Under the pieces are notes generated by a model. The model worked only from the letters and a program-made list of their open reading frames with translations. It made no database searches and had not been told where the DNA came from. From a virus (lineage: Duplodnaviria; Caudoviricetes), in IMG/VR virus record IMGVR_UViG_3300043435_000349, positions 1-52,144 of that record: a stretch of DNA of 52,144 nucleotides, one strand, 5' to 3'. Positions 20,183 to 30,080 of this stretch are shown here, piece by piece (the first letter of the stretch is position 1; every line of letters begins with the position of its first letter). The position numbers and the translations under genes are program-made.

Positions 20183-20234
20183 GGCTTCAACAGAGGCGGA
20201 CTGTCCCGCTCAATTTTGAATCAGGAGTTACACC

Positions 20235-20576
20235 ATGGCCACTATCGTGCGTATCGTTAAAACATCTTTGTGGACTGCTTATATTGTTGCTGGTAAAGTG
20301 ACATTGGCTAAAGATGCAAAAACTGGCCGCTTCATTAAGCGTAACCTTGTACAGATGTTCATCGACACATTAGCCGCTCAAGCTGTTTTGAGTGTACGTG
20401 GTTACAATAACAGCTTTAATGCCATTGCTAAAAAAGTGCTTAACGTGCCTAGCTTCTTTAGTGACAAACTTTGTGTACTGTTGTTCACCAGCAACACTCT
20501 AACAGATAGCGAGATGCGGTCGGTAGTGCGTGACTGTCAAAACGCTGGTTACTATACGGACATGATTGCCGCATAA
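20235..20576 (+). CDS. Hypothetical early protein, paralogue of 23381-23692
   Basis: Shared N-terminal GK..LAK.AK.G..IK....Q...D.LA..A motif. Confidence 0.7.
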   Translation: MATIVRIVKTSLWTAYIVAGKVTLAKDAKTGRFIKRNLVQMFIDTLAAQAVLSVRGYNNSFNAIAKKVLNVPSFFSDKLCVLLFTSNTLTDSEMRSVVRDCQNAGYYTDMIAA

Positions 20577-20592
20577 CGTTTCACGTGAAACA
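20577..20592. promoter_or_regulatory. parS-like ParB-binding palindrome
   Basis: CGTTTCACGTGAAACA matches TGTTTCACGTGAAACA at 15 of 16 positions. Confidence 0.7.
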
Positions 20593-21170
20593 TCATAGCC
20601 TGTCACGTCTAACAGGCTAGACACAAAGATACAAATATCTTATTGCCTTATCATGTGAATCATGGTAGGGCTTTTTCGTCTATTTGTCAGCCTTTCCATT
20701 AGACGTGTTTGGTGTTTGTCTCCCCAGTCATGCCGTGCTGTCCCCACTATAACTAATTTACCTATATTGTGTCAACAATAAGCCGACAAACGGCAACCGA
20801 GGGAATCAGCACCGAGACGGGTAGCCCCAGCTATAAGCCAGTAGCCCCAGAACGCTCTGGTTTGCGTTATACGCCGTTCTATTCGAGTCTGGTACAAACA
20901 TACAGGCATATAGGCTGGAAAGCCGTATACGACAATTTAGCTTTTTGAACAAATAATTGTTGACAATGTACTACCTGTATGCTACGCGCATACGCGCATA
21001 CAAATAAGACAAAACATAGCATCGAAAATAAATGCAAATAATTTAATAAAACGCTTGCATCATGTTTTTGTTTTGGATATAGTGGCTCTACCGGCTAGAG
21101 ACGATCTAGTGGGCAGTTAGACAAGGCAACAGACTAGCCTAAATAGTCGATTTTGAATACAGGTGCAATT

Positions 21171-22859
21171 ATGGCATTTTTAACAGTTAAACATTCAATC
21201 AGCAAGGCACAAGACACCTGCGGCTACAATCGTGTAACTCTGATTGATCAATCAACGGGCAAGCGTTATACATGTGTCGGTGGTGGATACGATATGCTAG
21301 GCACGTGCCTAGGTCAGTATTTGCAAGCTAATCACCAAGTGGAGTTGCTTGGTTTAGTTTGTCGTGCAAAGCAAGCGGTGACATTTGATGCTGAATCAAA
21401 CCGCTATCGGTTTACTGATAACCCTGTTAGTAGTGCGCTTTATGGCTTAACCTACAATGCAAAGCTTAACGCTATGCAATTGGACGGAGGCTGCGGTTTT
21501 GAATGTATGGTACGGATAGCGCGTGCAGCCGGTTTGACGGTGAATCTTCACCACGACAAGAAAGGCCGTTTGATCAATCTTTTTGTGGGGTGAATCATGC
21601 AGCTTGTCGGTTATGTATGCATCACAAGCAAAGGTCGATATAAGTATGATCGGCAATCAATGGAAAAAGCTTGTCGGCAATATGGCAAGTCTGGTTTATA
21701 TGAATCTGATTGTTTGTGGATTATTAAAGTCTGGAACAATCAGGGTAAGAGTGGCGGTTATTGTTACAAACCAGTCTATCGCTAGAATGAAACATAGGCA
21801 AGCTATCACGCCTCAAGTGATAGCATTTTTAAGGAGGGACATATAATGTCCAACATGGCACAACCGAAGGTAATTGAGCTAACGCTCGACGATGTAGGGT
21901 ACAATGGCGTAACCAAGCGTGACGTGGGCAAGCTGATGCTAGTATGGCCTAATGGTTGTACAGACATTATTAGCAAGTATGAGCCGATTAATCGTAATTG
22001 GCTAGGACATGTGATTTATGAGAATGGCGGGCGTTATTCACACCACCACAAAAATGATGATGGCGATTTAGTGTTTTACTGTGACATACTACCGGATAAT
22101 GTTGCTGCATTATTCCCGCAAGCCATTGTTATAAGCCGTGGCGATTATGTCAGATCTAAGCTGGTATTTCCCAAAAATACTAGGCTCAAGACACTACGCA
22201 CAACATACAAGGGGGTAAGATTGTATGCCTAAGCTATGGTTATATCGCTACCCTTGCGGCAAGATTGGCTACTTTATTGGGATTCACAAGGTGGCCACAA
22301 AAGTTACTGGTAAGCTCGACAAGCGCAACAAATATGTCATGTTGAATTGTCACCGTTATCAAATAGGCGGTTGGATCAATGGGTAACCTCCTAGCCTTTT
22401 TGTTTTGGTTGTCCCTTTTTTCTTTAATGTTTTGGAGTGTTTAAGATGGATTATCTAACGAATCAGGAGCTTGCTGCATTTAATGCAAGCCAGAAAGTAG
22501 TACAAGCCGGATCTGTTGCCTTTAATGGCTATGTATTCACAGGGTACGATGCACGAGCCTACAATGCTTATTTGTATGACTTAAGCAAAGAACGCCACAA
22601 GCCGACAAGGGATTTTCTGCTTGATCAACGTCACCGTCTTTTTTGCTTAATCATTGGCATGGTAGGAGTGTAAAACATGGCTACACAATTTAGCGTAAGA
22701 CGCAATGTATACTACGCAGGCATGTTAGAATCATCGGACATTGTAGCGTCTGGTTTTGAATCGTACACAATGGCTGACTATGCATGCTACACTATTGCAA
22801 ACAACAGCCAATGTCTGTTAGAGTTTAAAGGTTGCCATATTGTTTTTAGTGTGGTGTGA
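21171..22859 (+). other. Early operon of small hypothetical CDSs (21171-21593, 21597-21785, 21846-22232, 22437-22673, 22677-22859)
   Basis: RBS-preceded ORFs downstream of TTGACA and TTGCAT promoters at about 20960-21085. Confidence 0.6.
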
Positions 22860-23040
22860 AGGCTGCACCCACCCCCACGATTCACAAGGCAAGCGTATAG
22901 CCTTTTTAATATGCGCATTTTTGGTGTGCTGGTGTTTATAGGTTTGAACGCACAAGCATGGGTAAGGTCTACCGTGTGCAAGTGGGATTCTTTGAGTTGA
23001 GACAGCACCCAATACAGGACATTTACTAACACAATCAATT

Positions 23041-23064
23041 AAGCCCCTTTACTGGGGCTTTTTT
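23041..23064 (+). terminator. Rho-independent terminator
   Basis: AAGCCCC-TTTACT-GGGGCTT followed by TTTT. Confidence 0.8.
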
Positions 23065-23071
23065 ACGTCTA

Positions 23072-23088
23072 TGCAAAAGCAATGCCAA
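23072..23088 (-). promoter_or_regulatory. Sigma-54 -24/-12 box
   Basis: Minus strand reads TTGGCATTGCTTTTGCA. Confidence 0.6.
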
Positions 23089-23380
23089 CTTTAAATGTCA
23101 AGTATTATTTGAAAAATGGCCTATGCCTCTAAATGCGCATAGAATCGCGTATACGCGCTTGTTTGCCTTTCTGGTACAAGTGGGTTAGAACATTCCCAGA
23201 GGGGCATTAGAGGCGAAATTACCGTTCATCGGGAAAACTTGACATTCTAAAAAATACATGGGTGAGAATTATGTTCTAATTGTCCGACGAACGGTAGTTG
23301 TGTCTAAAGCCACAATGTAGCATAATAGCTTCACCAAGACGGCAAACGGTGCTTAGTCTGGTAATAGTGAGTGAGACGAA

Positions 23381-23692
23381 ATGGCAAAGTTAGCGAAGGT
23401 AGTAACCAGCAAAATGATCATTTGGGCAAACAATGGCAAGGCTATGCTTGCAAAATGCGCCAAGTCTGGTAAATGGATCAAGTTAGATGATGCACAATGG
23501 CTGCTGGACAATTTAGCACTATTGGCTTGTAAAGCCTTTAGTAAATCAGCAAGCGTGACACAATCAACACAAGCGGCTATTGAGTTTGACAAGACAGTGG
23601 CATTTTTTGGTGTGGTCGGTATTTGGTCGAATGTTCGTGGATGCAACCAGCCCACTGCATATCTAGCCAAACTAGCACTGACTAGCAATTAA
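23381..23692 (+). CDS. Hypothetical early protein, paralogue of 20235-20576
   Basis: Shared N-terminal motif; CATAAT -10 upstream at 23321. Confidence 0.65.
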   Translation: MAKLAKVVTSKMIIWANNGKAMLAKCAKSGKWIKLDDAQWLLDNLALLACKAFSKSASVTQSTQAAIEFDKTVAFFGVVGIWSNVRGCNQPTAYLAKLALTSN

Positions 23693-23950
23693 TGAGATGC
23701 ACAATGGACAAGACAAAAGCAGCAATCAAATACGATGTTTTAAACTTGAATTACCTTGTCAATGCATTAGATAGTGGTGCGATGGACAAACCAGAAGGAG
23801 TTGTTTAATGGAAAGCCAAGCTGTTGAGATGTTAAAACTGCTAATGCTAGCCCTTGATCGCGGTCATGGTGAAGTATGGCAAGTGAGATGTACAGAGGAA
23901 TACCAGAGGGTTGAACAGTGGATGCTAGACAATATAGAAGATGACTAACA

Positions 23951-24026
23951 AGTTCCACGCGGAACAATTGCCGCCGATCATGGCGGCTTTTGTTTGCCCG
24001 CTGTTTACTATGTTCCACGTGAAACA
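23951..24026. promoter_or_regulatory. Two parS-like palindromes flanking a terminator hairpin
   Basis: AGTTCCACGCGGAACA (23951-23966) and TGTTCCACGTGAAACA (24011-24026), with GCCGCC..GGCGGC-TTTT between them. Confidence 0.7.
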
Positions 24027-24308
24027 ATGGCGGCATAGGGTCAGGCGGCTAGGCGGGCTATTGTCCGACAATAATGCCGGTTAATCGACCAGCTCGACCC
24101 AATGCCGTAGAATCGCACAGAATCGCTTGTATGGCGTTTCATGGTCAAGGCATCGAATCAGGCTAGTGGCGGCTATGGGGCGGTATAGCGTGCATCCTAC
24201 GATATTACATAATGTGGTTTGAAGGGGTGCGTCAGGGGTGCGCCGTGATAAACAGTAGAATAGATAGATTTCAAAAACTACATAAAGTGACAGCCCCATA
24301 GACAGGTA

Positions 24309-27300
24309 CTACGTCAGCACCTCAACACACCCAACACACCCCTCAGGACGCCGCTTCTTCATGTAGCTCTTGAGAGCCTTAATGCCATCTTCTGACAACT
24401 TTTCTTTTATCTCCCAACCACAGCCATTACGCACAACAACAGAGTTGCCATCATTGTGGCAAATGAATAAAGCCCCATCTTTCCACACAACACTATTCAC
24501 AATCACCCTCGATATTTTCCTCAAATGAAATAGCCCCTCAAATGAAAAGAGGGGTATTCCAAAAATAATTTTTACCAAATTTGATAACATGGAAACATTT
24601 AATTGTTTAAATTAAATATCACCAATAGCATCCAAATCCTCATTCACATTGTTGACGCTTGCTGTCAGCAGATTCAACAACACAGGGTCAATCATCATTG
24701 CACCCCAATCAACTTTCAACCCATACCTACCGCCACATTTAATGGTTGAGAAAGATTTGGGTGACGTACTGGACGCAATAGGCAAGCCAAATTTGTTCTC
24801 AGAAATCTTGTCAAAACCAAGCTCATTCAACTGTCGGACATACCGAGAGGATAATATTGAATTATTCATACATCCCTCTCCATCTCATACTGCCTGTTAA
24901 GCTCATCCACTGTAGAGCAGATAAGACGTAGTTGGTCGTAGCAGAATCTGGTTGAGCTAGTCTGTGGGTTGGCACACCACTCACCCCATTCTGGGTCAAA
25001 ACAGAATTCCGCCACCCTCAATGCTGATACGTCTGTCTTTTGTTGTAAACACCAACCACTACCCCTTTCCTCAATCCACATGTCATACTTCTTAAACTCT
25101 TTGTTGAGCCACTTCTTTGCGTGAAACACTTTCATCGAAATTCCACCCCGTTCAACATGCTGATAATCAAGATTGCCGCCATTAACAATGCGATACAAGA
25201 AGCTGTCTGCAACCTACCAAAATGGTAGCATGTCACAGATGCCCCTGCAAGCATATAGATAACATTCGTAATAAATTCCATCACAATTCTCCGTAACACC
25301 TGTTGGATCTTTCAATAATAGCTTTCTTGCGAGTGGCCAACTCAGTGCGCTTCCTGTCACTGTACGAATCAACCACGTCGCATACCTTCTGAACATCCAC
25401 TTGCGTAAGACCAGACAAGTGATGCTGGATTATCACCTCTTTGCAACCAAGCAATATTGTCATATTGCTAATACAGTCGTATGTCAACATCTCACACCCA
25501 AGAATGTACCACTTATCTTCAGTAAGCACCTCCATTAAACCCTCTAGCTTTTTCACCCAACGCTTTCCTTCTGTTCAAAATCTGGTTGATGTAGAGCGTA
25601 GTCAATGAAGCATTTCAGCACAGCTTCTACGGGACAATTGCTCAACCCCATGTACACTTTTTGGCAATCTGCCATCCAACGCTTCTCAAACAGGTTGTTG
25701 ACACTAATCTTGTAGTCAAACACCAGATCAAACACCATCTCGTGATGTCCACGTCGCCACACAGGATATTTGTTTCCAGTGATACGCTCATATTCACTAC
25801 ACGCTTTGTTCAAGAGCTTTTCAAACTGCAATGAATCAGACATGTTGATAGCTCCTAGAAAGATAGTTGAGTGTGTCGGCGTAGAGGGAAAGCACAGATG
25901 GAATCATAAAATACCTATCAGCACCTTCATCTGCTGCAATCCAAACATCGCCACACCTCGCAAATGAGAAAACACAGGTCATACTGTCAATCTCAAATAC
26001 ACCAACACTATCCTCGCTCATCTCAATCAATCTTAGAGCATGCTCTTTATAACGTAGCAACATCTCACCACTAAACTTAAAATAATTGTACATCACAAAC
26101 CCCCCGCATCAACAGATGTCCACCTGCGCCACTTTCCACCAAAATAGGAAGCACCATTCTCTAAATCCTCCACCCACACGTCAACGTGGTTAGCACCCCC
26201 GCCAAATATCTCCCAGAGTCCATCCTCTATTTGCTCTGATGTGCCCGTCTCAATCCATTGGTATTCCTCACCATCTCGCACCACCTCAAACAGCCAAGTC
26301 TTATGATCATCAGACATCAGCATTCTCCATTTCAACAGCATCCACCTGAAGGCTATACCACTCACGAAAAGAGCTATGATCACTCTCATCATAGTAAGCG
26401 TTCTTGGCGTAGAATGTCCCACCTGTGTAAGCAGCCAAAACAATGCCTGTTGTCTTGGGGTGACAGAGCTTGCGAAGAAGCTCTAGCTTTTGTTTGAATG
26501 TTGGCTTGTCTTTCGTCACTAGCACAGGGCGGGAATGTGTATGACATTCCCATGTGTCCCCTGATGTTGCCACAAATGATGTTACATAAACAGAAGGCAT
26601 GTTATTCTCCAATACACACAAGCTCAAAATGAACATCAGCCCATTTCTGACCCCTGCTCACTTCCCAAGACATATCTCTAACAAACCGCACAGCCACAAA
26701 CCCCTGACCATCAAGACACAGTGACACATCAAACAAGACATCTTCAATGCTTGGTTTCGTGTCGTAAGTTTGCCATGCAAATTTGTCACTTCTTGGGACT
26801 AAGACCCCCTTCCCCCACACACGAAGCTCGTGCTTTGTCATAATCACCCCTCACGCTTAGTTAGCTCATCCCAACCCACCACTACACCAAACACAGCTTC
26901 TGTCAGAGTGGATGTCTCAAAAGAGAAACCCCTGTATTTCGCAACCCATAAATCAGGCTCACTGAAATAACTAACACCAACCTTCAGTGAGTTAATCATA
27001 TGCGCCGCAAGATGCAATGGCTGTAGCTCATCAGTGTATGGCAACACAACAGGAGCTAGACGCTTGTAAGTCTGTAGAGCCATCTTGTGGTTTTTCATAC
27101 TGCCCTCCTCCTGAACCCAACTACCCCAAAGCTTACCGTAATAAGCTCTGTTGCACTAATCACTACTGTTGACATCTTAATCTCCAAGCCTCTGTTGAAT
27201 CACTTGTAACAACATACGCAACCCTGTGTCATCAAGGTGAATGTCTGCGCTGTTCTCGCCACTTCCGTAATCCTGAGAAACCCTTAGATTCCAACCAATG

Positions 27301-28565
27301 TCATCTTTTACAATACTCACCCAACCCTCAAGCCCAACACCATGAGAATAAATCCCGTATTCTGTCTTTCGGGTCTCGCACTCAGGTGGATGGGTCACTG
27401 TAGCAAGTTTTGCAGCATACAGCCACTTCTGAACATCTTGCTCACTCCACTTTTCCATGATCAGACCCTACTATCCCGTACTAGATACTTGCCCTTCCCC
27501 AACAACTGGTCACACGTCTGCTGGGCATAACTACGATCATGTGTAGACATCCAAAGATCATGTCCTGCCGCACTACGGACATAATAGCGAGCATTACGCT
27601 TGTTGTCATTCAGGTTGATGAAGATGTTGTTGAATGTGATTTCGCCTTTGCCTTCGATCAATGCACGATTGATGTCTTGCTCGTTGGTTGTTGCCAATGC
27701 TTTCATGCTGTTTCCTCTGTAGATTCGATTACCGTCTGTTGCATTGTATTCAATGCTTCAAGACATGGCTTAATGTACTTGATGCTTGCCTCTGTGTCAA
27801 CATTTAAATACGCTTGATCATACTGAAATCCATATGAGCCATCTTGTTGACCAATGAAGCGTCCAATTACGGGCTGGTGTGGTTGTGAGCCGTCTGTAAG
27901 ACATAGCTTTTCTGTGTCCAGTCCAATTGCTGTTCCACGAACAGCTTTCAGGATAGCTGCGTGAGCTTTTGGGCTAATTTCCATCATTCACCTCAATAAA
28001 TTTTGCCTTTTCTAAATCTTCGCAAACAACAGCATTCATTGCGTTCAGAAGACGGCAGATGTCAATCAGGTCACTGTAGCGGTAATCACTATCACTACAT
28101 ACTGGCTTGGCATGAAACTCGCCACAATAAATTCCGATTTCCCAACATGCTCGATTATAGCCATTCTCAGGAAAGTGAATCTCCAAGAACATCTTATCTC
28201 TGTCGAAATCAACTTCCCAACCACTTACGCAACGCTCAATCGTTTCAGCAGACAGCCTATCATAAACAGACCGAATGTAGCTGACTCCGCTGCTAGTTTC
28301 AATTTCCATAAACACTGTCCCCATTCAGTAGTTTCAATGTGCGATACACAAGCCCGAAGTAATGCTGGTGTTGAAAACCACCATTACCAGCCCTGTCCCA
28401 TACACCCCATTCGTACCCATCGTGCAAGATCTCAATGGAGCAACTTCCGCCATAATTCAAACCAATGACGATCTGCTGTTTATCCCAATCAAATTTGTGG
28501 CTTACGTTCCACCACTCAGACCAAATGGATTCTATTTGCTGCTCCAGCTCTAGCTTTGTCATTGT
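24309..28565 (-). other. Cluster of about 14 small hypothetical CDSs
   Basis: Contiguous, mostly overlapping minus-strand ORFs of 80-116 aa (e.g. 24309-24590, 24612-24869, 24866-25198, 25281-25556, 25553-25843, 27177-27458, 27461-27706, 27974-28324). Confidence 0.6.
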
Positions 28566-28579
28566 GATATCAGTCACTG

Positions 28580-29272
28580 TCAACCTCCGATCATACCATT
28601 CAAGACAAGCCATGCGCTTGCAGCCACAAGAGGTACTTGTCCGTTTCCAAGAGCTTTAAGTCTGTCCACCCTGAAGGCCACCCCATCAGATACTCGAAGT
28701 TGTTCGGGGTAGGTTTCCCAAACGCCGTTACGAAGTTCCTGCAACTCTTGTGTTTCTGCATACTCGGTGCTGCGAAGTTTGCAATAGTCGTCGGTGTATG
28801 CAAGAAGCCAAAATCTGTCCCGTTCATGGTCTGCACCAACGTCTTTCGCTGAAAGTTTTGTATGCAGACACCTGTAACCCTCTTGCTCAAGGTCTTTCTT
28901 TGCCAATAGTATGGCTTTCTCGGATACGTTTTCAGCAAAGACTGCTCTAGGGCATACCTCTCGGACAACCCTGTACATTTCTGCCCAAAGGTCTTTTGAA
29001 GCAATGTTTCTACCTCTTGCCGCAGCAGAGAATGCTTGACAGGGGAATCCTCCAGAAACCAAGTCCACAGTTCCTTTCCAAGCCCTTCCATCAAACGTAC
29101 AGATGTCGTCCCATATCGGGAAACTTCCAATTGAGCTTCGTTCGTTTTGCCGTTGAATGAGAACTTCGATGCAGTATTGATCTCGTTCCACAGCGCAAAC
29201 AATGTTGTGTCCGAGGATATTACTTGCAAGTATTCCTCCACCACAACCCGCGAAAAGTGCCAACTCATTCAT
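28580..29272 (-). CDS. DNA (cytosine-5) methyltransferase, catalytic chain
   Basis: Motif I LFAGCGG, IV GGFPCQ, VI ENV, VIII HERDRFW and X LGNG. Short (230 aa), with no evident TRD or motif IX. Confidence 0.9.
   Translation of the reverse strand: MNELALFAGCGGGILASNILGHNIVCAVERDQYCIEVLIQRQNERSSIGSFPIWDDICTFDGRAWKGTVDLVSGGFPCQAFSAAARGRNIASKDLWAEMYRVVREVCPRAVFAENVSEKAILLAKKDLEQEGYRCLHTKLSAKDVGADHERDRFWLLAYTDDYCKLRSTEYAETQELQELRNGVWETYPEQLRVSDGVAFRVDRLKALGNGQVPLVAASAWLVLNGMIGG
28600..29268 (-). CDS. Nested alternative-frame ORF, putative second methyltransferase subunit (TRD/motif IX)
   Basis: 222-codon frame entirely inside the MTase gene. C-terminal P..FEYLMGWPSGWT resembles motif IX. Confidence 0.6.
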   Translation of the reverse strand: MSWHFSRVVVEEYLQVISSDTTLFALWNEINTASKFSFNGKTNEAQLEVSRYGTTSVRLMEGLGKELWTWFLEDSPVKHSLLRQEVETLLQKTFGQKCTGLSERYALEQSLLKTYPRKPYYWQRKTLSKRVTGVCIQNFQRKTLVQTMNGTDFGFLHTPTTIANFAAPSMQKHKSCRNFVTAFGKPTPNNFEYLMGWPSGWTDLKLLETDKYLLWLQAHGLS

Positions 29273-29535
29273 ACATCCTCCAAAACAATACTACCGCCCG
29301 CATACTCATTATAGCCTAGCGAGTTGACAATTATAGTGTGACGACCCTTTCCTACCACAAAAGCCGTCAAACCGTTAATTACGCTTGCCGTCTTTCCAAG
29401 CATTGAGTAACCACCCTTCAACCTTGACTCAACAACACATCTTTGCTCATTACTGATAAAAACCAAACCCTCAAGCATCACTACCCCCAATCCATTCAAC
29501 AAACCCAAGATCATAAAGCTGTTTCTCTGTTGCAA
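29269..29535 (-). CDS. Hypothetical protein
   Basis: ORF coupled to the MTase start; exact start codon uncertain. Confidence 0.5.
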   Translation of the reverse strand: MQQRNSFMILGLLNGLGVVMLEGLVFISNEQRCVVESRLKGGYSMLGKTASVINGLTAFVVGKGRHTIIVNSLGYNEYAGGSIVLEDV

Positions 29536-29962
29536 GCTGCAAAATCACCTTCCTGTAACGCTCTGCATTGTCCAACCACTTCCCACCCTCACGGATAGAC
29601 TCTCGGTAGTTGAATGTTACATCTGCAATCTTAACAACCCTTGCTCGTTGGCTGCCGTATCTGTCAATGATATCAATATATTCCTGATAGCGAGCTTTAC
29701 CAAGATCATTAGTGAGCATCAGTATGTCGTCAGCAATATCCCACTTGAATAGGCCACAGAGGGTCTTGTAGGTCATGTTGGTGTCCTCGCAATTATCATG
29801 ACACAATGCCACAATGTGCGTACCTTCCTCCTGAACACCAAGCTCATGTTGCAAGATCCCCAAAACACCAAGAATATGGTGATGGAAATAGTCCTTGTCA
29901 CCATATTTCTGACCAGCGTGTAGACGCTTTGAAAGCTCATACGCAAATGTTGCATCGTTCAT
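29471..29962 (-). CDS. HD-domain protein, SpoT/Mesh1-like small alarmone hydrolase family
   Basis: H.GQKY...Y..H...V, LCHDNCEDT, LT and VKIAD...N motifs. Confidence 0.8.
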   Translation of the reverse strand: MNDATFAYELSKRLHAGQKYGDKDYFHHHILGVLGILQHELGVQEEGTHIVALCHDNCEDTNMTYKTLCGLFKWDIADDILMLTNDLGKARYQEYIDIIDRYGSQRARVVKIADVTFNYRESIREGGKWLDNAERYRKVILQLATEKQLYDLGFVEWIGGSDA

Positions 29963-30044
29963 AAAGCATTCCTCCGTTTCTGTTGAAGCCATTATTGACC
30001 AAACAAAACAGCATGTCAACATATTTCTTTTATTCAGACAAATA

Positions 30045-30080
30045 AAAAGGGAAGCTGCAATTAAGCGGCTTCCCTTCTTC
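30045..30080 (-). terminator. Rho-independent terminator
   Basis: AAGGGAAGC..GCTTCCCTT hairpin with a T-tract on the minus strand. Confidence 0.7.

Noticed and set aside
24223-24242. Short direct repeat GGGGTGCG x2 at the right edge of the early region
   Set aside because: Only two 8-bp copies; not enough to call a terminus or binding site without read data.
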